DNA of 64,000 bases from Longimicrobiales bacterium. GTDB lineage: Bacteria; Gemmatimonadota; Gemmatimonadetes; Longimicrobiales; Gaopeijiaceae. The translations under genes were made by a program, and so were the position numbers. Of this stretch, positions 10,456-19,115 are shown piece by piece. The DNA lies in NCBI GenBank assembly GCA_965248195.1, contig CBDFIQ010000002.1, positions 2,368,001-2,432,000 on the forward strand, written 5' to 3'. The notes under the pieces were generated by a model, which was given only the letters and a program-made list of their open reading frames with translations, was not told the origin of the DNA and did not search any database. Positions within the stretch are counted from its first letter, which is position 1. Every line of letters starts with the position of its first letter.

Positions 10456-11139
10456 TTACTCGTTGACCGTAAAGGGGTCTGCGAAGAGCGGGACGGTTTC
10501 GACGAGGTCCAGTGGCGGCGCACTGTACACGCAGTCCAACTGGAAGGCATACACCAACTCACCGGTTGGCTCCACAACCTGCTCAGTTTGAACAAGCTGG
10601 ACACTGCGAATGAACGGAGATTCCTGTAGCTGCCTCCAGAACGTCGTCAGAGCGCGGTTATTCCCCGCCCTCCCTCGAACCTGGAACTCGACCGCCACAT
10701 CACCCACCGAGACCTGGATGACCTGAGTCAACCAGGTGTATTCCGGGAGGGCTCTCGCCAGTTCATCCAGGAGATGAGGCCAGACGTACCGATTGGCGTC
10801 GATCTCCTGGATGATCGTCACCTTCTGCGCGATCGAGTCCCGCCGAGCTGTCAGAGTCGCATTTCGCTGGATGAGATCCGCATAGTTGGCCGAGTCCTGG
10901 AGCGCGTCGGCCAGCTCCACCCGGACCTCTGCTTGTCGGGACGAGAGTCCCACGTACCACCATCCCGGAAGGGCGAGGACTCCGAGCCCCACCACGACGG
11001 CCCCGATGGTGTAGGAATCCGAGAGAATGCCCCCCAGATCGGGCATTGATAGCTTCGATAAGATGCCGCCGGCACCACCGCCGCCGCCCTTTGAGGGGCG
11101 CCTTTTCTTCCCGCCAGGTAGAAGATTGACTTCAATCAC
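10456..11139 (-). CDS. pilN: Type IV pilus assembly protein PilN
   Basis: MIEVNLLP N-terminal motif, TM helix, W..LLDELA.ALP..WLT. Confidence 0.9.
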   Translation of the reverse strand: MIEVNLLPGGKKRRPSKGGGGGAGGILSKLSMPDLGGILSDSYTIGAVVVGLGVLALPGWWYVGLSSRQAEVRVELADALQDSANYADLIQRNATLTARRDSIAQKVTIIQEIDANRYVWPHLLDELARALPEYTWLTQVIQVSVGDVAVEFQVRGRAGNNRALTTFWRQLQESPFIRSVQLVQTEQVVEPTGELVYAFQLDCVYSAPPLDLVETVPLFADPFTVNE

Positions 11140-11159
11140 AATCTGTTCCTCGTCGTCGG

Positions 11160-12197
11160 CTAGACCGTCCGCAGGGCCAAGCCGAGCGGTAGAAGGAGCA
11201 TGGGTGCCGCTTCTTCCAGCACCACCGTCCCGGCAGCTCCAGGCTGGACCGGGACCTGGTGGAACGGATTGACCAGGTCCGTTTGCAAGTTCATACGATT
11301 CCCTAGGGCATCAGCCATGCCAGGAATGCGGGCGCCACCGCCACTGAGGTAGATGCTCCCCAAACCTACACCATCCTGACGGGTCATGAGGAAGGCCGCC
11401 GCACGTTCGATCCCGACACCCACTTCGTCGGCCGCAGAATCCACGAGCGACGAGAGGTCGTCGCGCGTTTCACGACCCTGAACGACATCTTCAGCTTGCT
11501 CAGCCGTGAGCCCTTTCTCCCGCTGTAGGTCCTGACGCACCCTTCTGGACCCGAAGGGGATGTCCCGCGTGAGAAGAGGATTTCCAGCCTCGAGGATGTT
11601 CACGTTGGTGGTTTCGTACCCAATGTTCACCAGGGCCACGATCCCCCTCATCGCTTCGGGATGGTTGAGCGCGAAGGCATTGTGGAGCGCAAAGGCATCG
11701 ACATCGATCGCCGCCGGAGAAACCCCCGCGTCGAGAAGCAGGCTCACCTTGTGGTCCACGAGCTCGCGCTTGGCGGCCACCAGAAGGACCTGCATCTGCA
11801 GCCCCTCCTCGAGTGGATCGAGAATCTGGAAGTCCAACTCAACGCTCTTGATGTCGAACGGAACGTGCTGCTCCGCTTCCCACCGGATGACCTCACGAGC
11901 GTCGGATTCCTTCATCCGGTCCATCTCGATTTTCTTGATGATCACGTCGTGCCCTCCCACGGCCGTGATCACATTCGTTCCTTTATCCCCGATCTCTCGG
12001 AACACATCGCGAATGGTGTCGGCAACGAGGCCGGGGTCCATCACCTCGCCCTCTACAATTGCGTCTGCGACCAGGGGACGCATTGCCACCCCGCTGATCT
12101 CGGGCTGATCCCCGGAATGATCGACGACAACGACTTTTACGAAGCCGCTGCCGATGTCCAGCCCTACCGACTTCTTGCTGCGTCCGACGAGGCCCAT
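11160..12197 (-). CDS. pilM: Type IV pilus assembly protein PilM (actin-like fold)
   Basis: VGLDIGS, EAEQHVPF, LDFQ, VLLVAAK, LSGGGA, NPF, GLALR. Confidence 0.95.
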   Translation of the reverse strand: MGLVGRSKKSVGLDIGSGFVKVVVVDHSGDQPEISGVAMRPLVADAIVEGEVMDPGLVADTIRDVFREIGDKGTNVITAVGGHDVIIKKIEMDRMKESDAREVIRWEAEQHVPFDIKSVELDFQILDPLEEGLQMQVLLVAAKRELVDHKVSLLLDAGVSPAAIDVDAFALHNAFALNHPEAMRGIVALVNIGYETTNVNILEAGNPLLTRDIPFGSRRVRQDLQREKGLTAEQAEDVVQGRETRDDLSSLVDSAADEVGVGIERAAAFLMTRQDGVGLGSIYLSGGGARIPGMADALGNRMNLQTDLVNPFHQVPVQPGAAGTVVLEEAAPMLLLPLGLALRTV

Positions 12198-12249
12198 TCA
12201 ACGCTCGTCTTATGGGGACAGGAACATATTTTTATACGAATCTTAAATC

Positions 12250-12279
12250 ACGTTACCACCTAATCGTGAGCAGTGTCAA
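12250..12279 (-). promoter_or_regulatory. Sigma-70-type promoter for pilMNOPQ
   Basis: Minus strand TTGACA-N18-TAACGT with TG extended -10, in an AT-rich intergenic region. Confidence 0.55.
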
Positions 12280-12353
12280 GACATTTTTGACCACTTCGAA
12301 AATAGATTTATTGGTAAACATTTGGATCACACCGTGCCCTTGAGGCGCGGACA

Positions 12354-13454
12354 TCAGTTTGAATCCGGCCAGGCCGACTCGGGGATGGGAGCGAGTTCCC
12401 GAAGGGACTCGGCGGCCTCCAACGCGGACAGTGCCGCGCACGCCGAGCCGACAATGCGGGAGCGGCCCCCGAGGAAGACCGAGCCGCGGACGCGGACGAG
12501 TCCGTGGATTTCCGACTCCTCGGTGATCTCGAGGTCACCGGCAACGAGCACGAGCCCGTAAAAGCGGGCGGTAGACCGGAAGGTCACATGCCCGGGGATC
12601 AGCAGGACGCCCTGGCCCTGCCCTCCATTCACGATCAAAGAACCCTCGGAGGTCACCACCGGCCTGTACGCTCCACAGGGGCCCGACGCATCCAGCGGAG
12701 CCCCCCAATTGGTCGGAGAGGGCACGGCACACCGGCCCAGCCCCTGGATCGGCGCCGGCGAGACGGTGCCGGACACGTGAAGGTCCGCACCCTCTATCAG
12801 CGCATCATGCCCCAGGAGACCCAGGGAGGGTAGACGTGGCTCCACCGCACCCGATTCCGGCCCCCTCCCGATCCCGGCCCGTGGATCCTCGTGTAGTTCC
12901 GCCTGAGGCGAAAGCCCGTAAATGAACAGGGTATCCACGTCGGGACCGAAGGGAACACAAGACGCTTCCGGCCACAGAGGTGGCGTATCGTGAATCAGGC
13001 TGGGATCGACCATGCTGCTGGCCTCCACCCGTGTCGATCGGCCGCTCTCGAGGACGCCCCGTGCGGCCGCGTACCTCGCCACAGGGTCCATCGCCCAATA
13101 GAGACCCACCTGCCGATCCCGGCCGGGCTCTGTGTCCAACGACCCCTCAGCAAGGATCAAGAACAACTCCCGCGACAACCGCACCACCTGCGCATCATAT
13201 CGCGCCCGAGGCGGAACGGCGCCTGAGCCCATCGGCACCCACTCCCCCCACGGAAGGGAGTCCGTGCCCGTCATCGAGCGTGAGGTCAGCTTCAGGCCCG
13301 TTTCCGCAGCGAGCCTTCTGGTGAGCACATCCCATCGCGCCCGCGATACGAAAAACTCGGATCGAGTCATCACGAGAAGTGTGTGCCCCACCCCCGTGAC
13401 CGCCAGCAGAAGGAGCAGCACTCCAACCAGCACGTACCCTCTTCGCGTCGGCAT
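12354..13454 (-). CDS. PilX/GspK-like minor pilin
   Basis: Class III signal MPTRRG|YVLVGVLLLL lacking Glu+5 (PilX/GspK hallmark); C-terminal G-L-V-G beta-helix-like repeats; last gene of the minor-pilin cluster. Confidence 0.7.
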   Translation of the reverse strand: MPTRRGYVLVGVLLLLLAVTGVGHTLLVMTRSEFFVSRARWDVLTRRLAAETGLKLTSRSMTGTDSLPWGEWVPMGSGAVPPRARYDAQVVRLSRELFLILAEGSLDTEPGRDRQVGLYWAMDPVARYAAARGVLESGRSTRVEASSMVDPSLIHDTPPLWPEASCVPFGPDVDTLFIYGLSPQAELHEDPRAGIGRGPESGAVEPRLPSLGLLGHDALIEGADLHVSGTVSPAPIQGLGRCAVPSPTNWGAPLDASGPCGAYRPVVTSEGSLIVNGGQGQGVLLIPGHVTFRSTARFYGLVLVAGDLEITEESEIHGLVRVRGSVFLGGRSRIVGSACAALSALEAAESLRELAPIPESAWPDSN

Positions 13455-13469
13455 CGATTCTGGCTTGGA

Positions 13470-14486
13470 TCAACGGTTCTCGGGAGTCCAAAACTGGAGA
13501 GCGGCCGAGCTCGTATCGGCGCTCCGACGTATTCCGTGGCCGACAAGGTTGAAAATGACCCTGTCCACCCGGGCCTCGATGCTCGATCGGTCGTCGTCGA
13601 ACACGTCCAGCGTCAGGGGCTGCCGGCCACCCCGCCCTCGGCGATACCGAAGAGCTCCGCCGCTTACGTGATAGCTCCCTCGCTCGAAGATCCTGGCCAC
13701 CAACGCACCCGAAACAGGCGGATCGAGGGTCCACACTTCGGAGTGTCCGCCCAGATCCATTCCGCAGGACCGTGGCCCCGATACCCGCCCCGTCAGGTCC
13801 GCCCGCCGCCATCCATCTGCCGTCAGGATCAGAACCGAGTCCTTTACGGGATTAGCCGTCCGCTCTCCACGGTAGGCCACGACAATATTTCCGGGCTCGC
13901 TGCGCCACTCACACACCGGCCCCCATCCACGAAAAGCCCGGAGTGACAGACTGTCGGGCGCCGGACCGATCCAGTCCCTTCCCCTCACTCCCGCCCGAAG
14001 TTCTTTCCCGATCACGATCGCCGCGAGACGTCGAGCCGACAGTAGATCCATTTCGGACCTCAATCTGGACGCGACGGTTTGTTGATGGGCGAGAGCACGC
14101 CAGGCAAACGAGATTACCACGAGCCCCAGAAGCAGAGACACGAGCACCTCCACGACCGTGACGCCGTAACGCCTAGAAGGCCGTTGAAGGAGTACAGTGG
14201 GCCGCGTTGCGGATGCCACGGTCCTAGCTCCTAGGCGGAGCGACGACGCCATAGCCGTAGCTATGGCTAGGAACTCCAACAACGGAGATGGGGCCGTGCC
14301 ACCGCAACCCTTCAACTTGTAAGGTCATGCCCTTCATGTTCGTGGGCACAGGGCGGTTGTGCGGTTGATCCTGCGTCTCTCCTCCTCGCCGTAGCGTTGC
14401 TACGCCTCGTCGTCGTTCCTTGTCTGAACGCGCACAAGCGCCCTGTGCGCGACCCGCTGTACTCCTTCAACGGCCTTCCTGAACAT
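13470..14486 (-). pseudogene. PilW-like minor pilin, 5' end interrupted by a 303-bp repeat element (may still be expressed from an element-borne start at TTG 14315 or ATG 14252)
   Basis: RRYG|VTVVEVLVSLLLGLVV prepilin motif; native ATG at 14486 is separated from the body by 14176-14478, which has 3 in-frame stops; removal gives MFSRRYG|VTVVE. Confidence 0.72.
14176..14478. mobile_element. Structured non-autonomous repeat (MITE-like), copy 1, 303 bp
   Basis: Terminal inverted repeats GAAGGCCGTTGAAGGAGTACAG / CTGTACTCCTTCAACGGCCTTC (22 bp perfect, about 31 bp with 2 mismatches); near-identical to 29295-29615 and 32744-33133. Confidence 0.9.
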
Positions 14487-14805
14487 CCGGTTGGTCCAGG
14501 CTCAGGCCCACGGACACACTGGCGCCGGGTCCACCTTGGAAGGTGACAGTGACGAGCCCGTCCCCCTCACGCGTCCAGAGGAGCAACCCCTTTTCAGTTT
14601 CGATCGAGCCCGGCCCACCCCAACCCGTGAATGAAAGTGAGTCAGCCAGCCACTCCACCGCCCGGGATGCGGATTCCAACGCGGCGGCCGCGAGGAGCGT
14701 CCTTTGGGCCTGCAGGGTCATCGCCAAGACACCCAGTATTCCCACCTCGAACACGACGAGAGCGACGGTGATTTCCACGAGGCTGAACCCGCCCCGGCCC
14801 CTCAC
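14467..14805 (-). CDS. PilV-like minor pilin
   Basis: MRGRGG|FSLVEITVALVV..VGILG; the stop TGA is supplied by the repeat terminus. Confidence 0.8.
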   Translation of the reverse strand: MRGRGGFSLVEITVALVVFEVGILGVLAMTLQAQRTLLAAAALESASRAVEWLADSLSFTGWGGPGSIETEKGLLLWTREGDGLVTVTFQGGPGASVSVGLSLDQPDVQEGR

Positions 14806-15230
14806 TCCCGCCGGATCCGTCCATAGGCCGAGATGATCAATCGGGCGACTGCTGATCCGCGGGTGAGCGTGACCGAACTAGCAGCCATACGCCCCAAGCC
14901 CGACGCGTCGAAGTGGAGTTCGACCGTGGGACGTCCACCGGAGAGCACCAGCTCTGTTCTCCAGGTCGCTCCAATGTCCACCCGGTGCAGTAACTCTCCC
15001 TTGGCCTCGATCCTGATCTCGGCGGGATTTCGGACGACGATCAGGCTCGAGCCCCCTCGCCGGAGCGCTTCGGCGCGAGCCCGTGTGATCAGTCCAACGA
15101 GCTCCTCCCGCGCGCCTGTCACCGAAAGACGCTCCCGGACGCTCCGGCCCACTGGAAAAGACAGGCTTGCCGCCAGGGCCAGGAGTGCCAGAACTCCCGT
15201 GAGTTCGAAAAGAGTGAAGCCGCGACGCAT
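14802..15230 (-). CDS. FimT/FimU/GspH-like minor pilin
   Basis: MRRG|FTLFEL, ARAEALRRG, F-ASG, ISAYGRIR C-terminus. Confidence 0.82.
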   Translation of the reverse strand: MRRGFTLFELTGVLALLALAASLSFPVGRSVRERLSVTGAREELVGLITRARAEALRRGGSSLIVVRNPAEIRIEAKGELLHRVDIGATWRTELVLSGGRPTVELHFDASGLGRMAASSVTLTRGSAVARLIISAYGRIRRE

Positions 15231-15283
15231 GGACCGACGTTACCGGCGCTCCCCGGGCGCCGGAATGCCGCGTTAGGCCAAAC

Positions 15284-16639
15284 TCAACCCAGTCCGTAGT
15301 CCTGTATTTTGTAGCGGAGGGCACGCGGGGAAAGTTCGAGCAACCCCCCCGCCTTCGACCGGTTCCCGCCCGTACGCTCCAAGGCCCGCTGAATGAGCTG
15401 CCGCTCCAGCTGTGCGGAGCGGCGCTTCACGGAAAGGTCGTCCGACTCATAGATCGCCTCGACCGTCACCCCCATATGACCCAGCCGAGCGGAAAGCGCC
15501 TCCTCCGCCAGCTCCGTGCCTTCGGAGAGAACCGCGGCCTGCTCGAGCACATTCTCCAGCTCACGGATATTACCCGGCCACGGATAGGCGAGCAGAAGCT
15601 TCATCGCAGCCGGCGAGATCGCGGCCACCTTCACGTTGAGCCGCTGCCTCAGGCGCTCGAGCAAGTGCTGGGTAAGGTCCGGAATCGCCTCCGTCCTCTC
15701 CCGCAGGGGCGGGAGGTGGATGGGAATCACCGCCAGCCGATAGTAGAAATCTTGGCGGAACTCGCCCGATTGCACCGCCGCCCGCAAGTCGATGTTCGTG
15801 GCCGAAACGATCCGGACGTCTACCTGAGACGTGGCGGTCCCTCCCAGACGCCTGATCTCACCGTCCTGCAATGCACGCAGCAACTTCACCTGAAGGGGGG
15901 TTGGCAGCTCCCCGACTTCGTCGAGAAACAGTGTCCCGCCCTCGGCCGCCTCGAACAACCCGGCCCGATCATTTTCGGCCCCAGTGAACGCTCCACGCAT
16001 GTACCCGAAGAACTCGGATTCAAGCAGCGTTTCGGGAATGGCACCACAATTGACTGGAACAAAAGGTTTGTCGGCCCGGTCGCTTTCGCGGTGGATCAGC
16101 CGGGCCATTAACTCCTTGCCGGTACCAGACTCCCCGGTCAGCAACACGGGGGACCGATGGCGGGCGACCTTGGTCGCCGTCTCCAGAGCCCGAATCATGG
16201 TCGGTGAGCGAGCCACGATGTCCCCGAGCCGACGTTCCGCGCTCACCTCGGCGCGCAGCCGCCCGACTTCCGTCCGAAGCTGCTCCCTCTCCTCCGCCTT
16301 CCGGATCGTAAGGAGGACCTCGTCGGCGCCGAACGGCTTGGGTAGGTAGTCGTATGCGCCCTCCTTCATCGCCCCGATGGCAAGCTCCATGTTCCCATAC
16401 GCGGTCATCACGATGACGAGCGCTTGACCCTCCGCCTCACGATACTTTGCGAGGAACTCCAAGCCGTCCATTTGGGGCATACGTACGTCGCAAAGGATAA
16501 TCTGGGGGTTCTCATTCGCGGCTATCGCCAGGCCTTCCTTGCCATGCGCCGCGAGGAGCGCGTCGTGTCCGCCCTCCTCGAGAATGAGTGTCAGAGATTT
16601 GCGAAGTCCCTGATCGTCGTCGATCACGAGGACCTTCAT
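15284..16639 (-). CDS. Sigma-54-dependent response regulator (NtrC/AtoC family)
   Basis: REC domain, [32 protein letters not shown], Fis-type HTH. Confidence 0.95.
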   Translation of the reverse strand: MKVLVIDDDQGLRKSLTLILEEGGHDALLAAHGKEGLAIAANENPQIILCDVRMPQMDGLEFLAKYREAEGQALVIVMTAYGNMELAIGAMKEGAYDYLPKPFGADEVLLTIRKAEEREQLRTEVGRLRAEVSAERRLGDIVARSPTMIRALETATKVARHRSPVLLTGESGTGKELMARLIHRESDRADKPFVPVNCGAIPETLLESEFFGYMRGAFTGAENDRAGLFEAAEGGTLFLDEVGELPTPLQVKLLRALQDGEIRRLGGTATSQVDVRIVSATNIDLRAAVQSGEFRQDFYYRLAVIPIHLPPLRERTEAIPDLTQHLLERLRQRLNVKVAAISPAAMKLLLAYPWPGNIRELENVLEQAAVLSEGTELAEEALSARLGHMGVTVEAIYESDDLSVKRRSAQLERQLIQRALERTGGNRSKAGGLLELSPRALRYKIQDYGLG

Positions 16640-17949
16640 TCGACCTCCTGTCTCTCTATTGCCTCAGGGTACCGAGCTCCAACGGCTCCGTACTCCTCCA
16701 AAGTGGGTTCCTTCGCCGTGATCGCCTCCGGCAGCCGAACCTCGAAGCGCGCTCCCCCCTCGGGTGCGCTCTCCACGTCGATACGCCCACCCATTCCCGC
16801 GACGAGGCGGGCGGAAATGAAAAGGCCCAAACCGGTTCCCTTCCCGGGCTCCTTGGTGGTGTAGAAGGGATCGAAGACGCGGGTCTGATCGGCGGAAGGG
16901 AGACCTGTTCCGTTGTCGGACACCGCCACGACGACGACCTTCCGGGCGGTGTCGAGGGTGCCGAGAGCCTCTGCCGAGAAGGCGCGAGCCACCCGGCGCC
17001 TGTGCAAATAATTGACGCCGGGCGGATCATCTCCCCGTCTCTGGAGGGGGTTGGCCGCCGCACCATCCTCCGACCAAAGAGCAACCTCGATCTTGGGGGC
17101 GTCCAGGCCTTTCACCGCATCCGTCGCGTTCAAAAGCAAGTTCACGAGCACCTGTTCCAGGTGCCGAGGGTCCATCAAGACAAGAGGACATGCGTCATCG
17201 AGGGTCCAGGAGTGTTCGATCCGTCCGAGTTGGCCCTGGTTCTCCAACAGATCGCGCACACCTTCGATGACTTCATCGACCCGAACCGGAGTGATCTCGT
17301 CGGGCTGGGGCCGGGCAAAATCGAGAAGTCCTCGCACGATGCCATCGATGCGCTGTGCCTCGGAACGGATCGACTCCAGTAGCTCCGGATCTCCCTGGTC
17401 CGCCTCGATGCGACGGAGGGCGACGTCGGCATACCCGATGATCGCGGTCAGCGGATTTCCGACCTCGTGCGCGATGCCAGCCGCCAGAGTTCCCACCGAA
17501 GCCAGCCGGGCAGCCTGGATGACCTCGTTGCGAGCTTCGACCAGCTTCACGTTGGTATCATCGAGCGACCGGACATTCTCGGCCAAGACCTGCTGGCCGG
17601 CGATGAGCCGGTCGGCCATCGCATTCACGCTCTCGGTGATACTCCTGAGCTCGAGGCCATTGGGGATTTCGAGCCGGTGCCGGTAGTCTCCGTCGGCGAT
17701 CTGTTTCACTCCCAGGACCAACTCGTCCACCGGCTCCAGGAGATTCTTCTTGAGGGCCCAGCCTCCGAACGTGAGAACGATAACCAGGTCCACCGCCACG
17801 ATGACCAGAATGAAGACCGTAGCCTCGCCCGTGGAACGGAGAAAGGGAAGCACCAGGCTGATGGCGATACCCAAAAGGAGGGTGACTCCCCCGAATAGAA
17901 TCCCCAAGGAAACAAGCAGCTCACGACGAAGGGGTGTCGGGGAACTCAT
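16636..17949 (-). CDS. HAMP sensor histidine kinase
   Basis: 2 closely spaced TM helices, HAMP, AHEVGNPL H-box, NLLLNA, DNGTG, FDPFYTTK, GTGLGL. Confidence 0.93.
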   Translation of the reverse strand: MSSPTPLRRELLVSLGILFGGVTLLLGIAISLVLPFLRSTGEATVFILVIVAVDLVIVLTFGGWALKKNLLEPVDELVLGVKQIADGDYRHRLEIPNGLELRSITESVNAMADRLIAGQQVLAENVRSLDDTNVKLVEARNEVIQAARLASVGTLAAGIAHEVGNPLTAIIGYADVALRRIEADQGDPELLESIRSEAQRIDGIVRGLLDFARPQPDEITPVRVDEVIEGVRDLLENQGQLGRIEHSWTLDDACPLVLMDPRHLEQVLVNLLLNATDAVKGLDAPKIEVALWSEDGAAANPLQRRGDDPPGVNYLHRRRVARAFSAEALGTLDTARKVVVVAVSDNGTGLPSADQTRVFDPFYTTKEPGKGTGLGLFISARLVAGMGGRIDVESAPEGGARFEVRLPEAITAKEPTLEEYGAVGARYPEAIERQEVE

Positions 17950-17969
17950 GTTCGTATGGCGCCTGAGGC

Positions 17970-18007
17970 AAAAAAGTGCGAACGCCGGAGGTTCTCTCCT
18001 CCGGCGT
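17970..18007 (-). terminator. Probable terminator downstream of the pilin pair
   Basis: ACGCCGGAGG/CCTCCGGCGT 10-bp stem followed on the minus strand by TCGCACTTTTTT. Confidence 0.6.
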
Positions 18008-18072
18008 CCTCGATGAAGACTACTTCTAACTTGTGCAGGGGACGGGTCCGCTGCAACGATGGGGATTTGGCC

Positions 18073-18462
18073 CTAACGCGTGCAGGCGATGACCCCCTCC
18101 TCCGGACCGGGGTCCCCGCCGGCGGCCGCCGCATTCCCCTGGTACATGCCACAGTGCTCCGTGGGGAGACCCGCATGGGAGGCAGTCGCAGCCCAGCCCG
18201 AGCCGGTAGCCTCGTTGATCGTGATGGTCACTCCATCACTCACGGACCCGCCGACGAGGGCGACTGAAGCGCCGTAGAAAAAGTTGGAGTTGTGGTACAT
18301 CTCCTGCTGCGTCGCCAAGTTCTTGAGATCGCTCTTCATCGAGGTAAGGAATGCGTTCTCTCGCGCCGAGGAGAACTTCGGAACGGCGACGGAAGCCAGG
18401 ATGCCGATGATCACGATGACGATGAGGAGTTCGACCAGCGTAAAGCCTCTTTGCATGCCCAT
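18073..18462 (-). CDS. Type IV pilin, second paralog
   Basis: MGMQRG|FTLVELLIVIVIIGILASVAVPKF; GAGGG RBS at 18470-18474; C-terminal Cys pair. Confidence 0.9.
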   Translation of the reverse strand: MGMQRGFTLVELLIVIVIIGILASVAVPKFSSARENAFLTSMKSDLKNLATQQEMYHNSNFFYGASVALVGGSVSDGVTITINEATGSGWAATASHAGLPTEHCGMYQGNAAAAGGDPGPEEGVIACTR

Positions 18463-18575
18463 GCTCAATCCCTCTTTTCGTCTCATGCCTGGAGTGGAAG
18501 CGAGAGAGCGTGGCCCGGGAAAGGCCCGAGCCACGCTCTTCGACCGAAAGCACACGGTGCCTCCGAAGTCCTGCC

Positions 18576-18971
18576 TTATTGCGTGCAGGCCATCTCACCC
18601 GGACTCCCCGGTACGGCGGCGCCAAGTGACACCGCAGGCCCGGTCCCATAGTAGATCGCGCAGCCCTCGGTCGCGGCCAACGCTAAGTGCGTCGACGTCG
18701 CGTTCCAACCGGTGGAGGTGCCCGTCGGAGTGACGGTCACGCCGTCGGACTGCACGAAGCCGAGCGACGTGACGTTGGCGGTGTAGGAATACTCGTCCGA
18801 ATAGTAGATCTCCTGCTGGCTAGCAAGATTCTTCAGGTCGGACTTCATGGCCGCAAAATAGGCCTTCTCACGCGTCGCAGAGAACTTCGGAATGGCGATG
18901 GCCGCCAGGATTCCGATGATCACGACCACGATGAGGAGCTCGATCAGGGTGAAACCCTTGTTGTCCCGCAT
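18576..18971 (-). CDS. pilA: Major type IV pilin
   Basis: MRDNKG|FTLIELLIVVVIIGILAAIAIPKF; AGGAG RBS at 18980-18984; sigma-54 promoter upstream; C-terminal Cys pair. Confidence 0.9.
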   Translation of the reverse strand: MRDNKGFTLIELLIVVVIIGILAAIAIPKFSATREKAYFAAMKSDLKNLASQQEIYYSDEYSYTANVTSLGFVQSDGVTVTPTGTSTGWNATSTHLALAATEGCAIYYGTGPAVSLGAAVPGSPGEMACTQ

Positions 18972-19025
18972 GATGATAACTCCTAGATAGGATGACACTT
19001 GTGAACATTCGATATGCCCCCTGAG

Positions 19026-19041
19026 TGCAAACGCTGGTCCA
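19026..19041 (-). promoter_or_regulatory. Sigma-54 (-24/-12) promoter of pilA
   Basis: Minus strand TGGACCAGCGTTTGCA, GG-N10-GC, 55 nt upstream of the pilA ATG; PilR-like activator nearby. Confidence 0.75.
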
Positions 19042-19115
19042 AAAGTCGGCATGACTTCTTAAGTGGTTGTGGTTTAACACTTTGTACCAATATCACTCGA
19101 CGTCCTTCGTCCCCA

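Noticed and set aside
14172..14480. IS110-like CT core or CCT duplication around copy 1
   Set aside because: CT/CCT flanks occur only at copy 1, require asymmetric ends, and that reconstruction leaves pilV without a nearby stop; precise excision fits better
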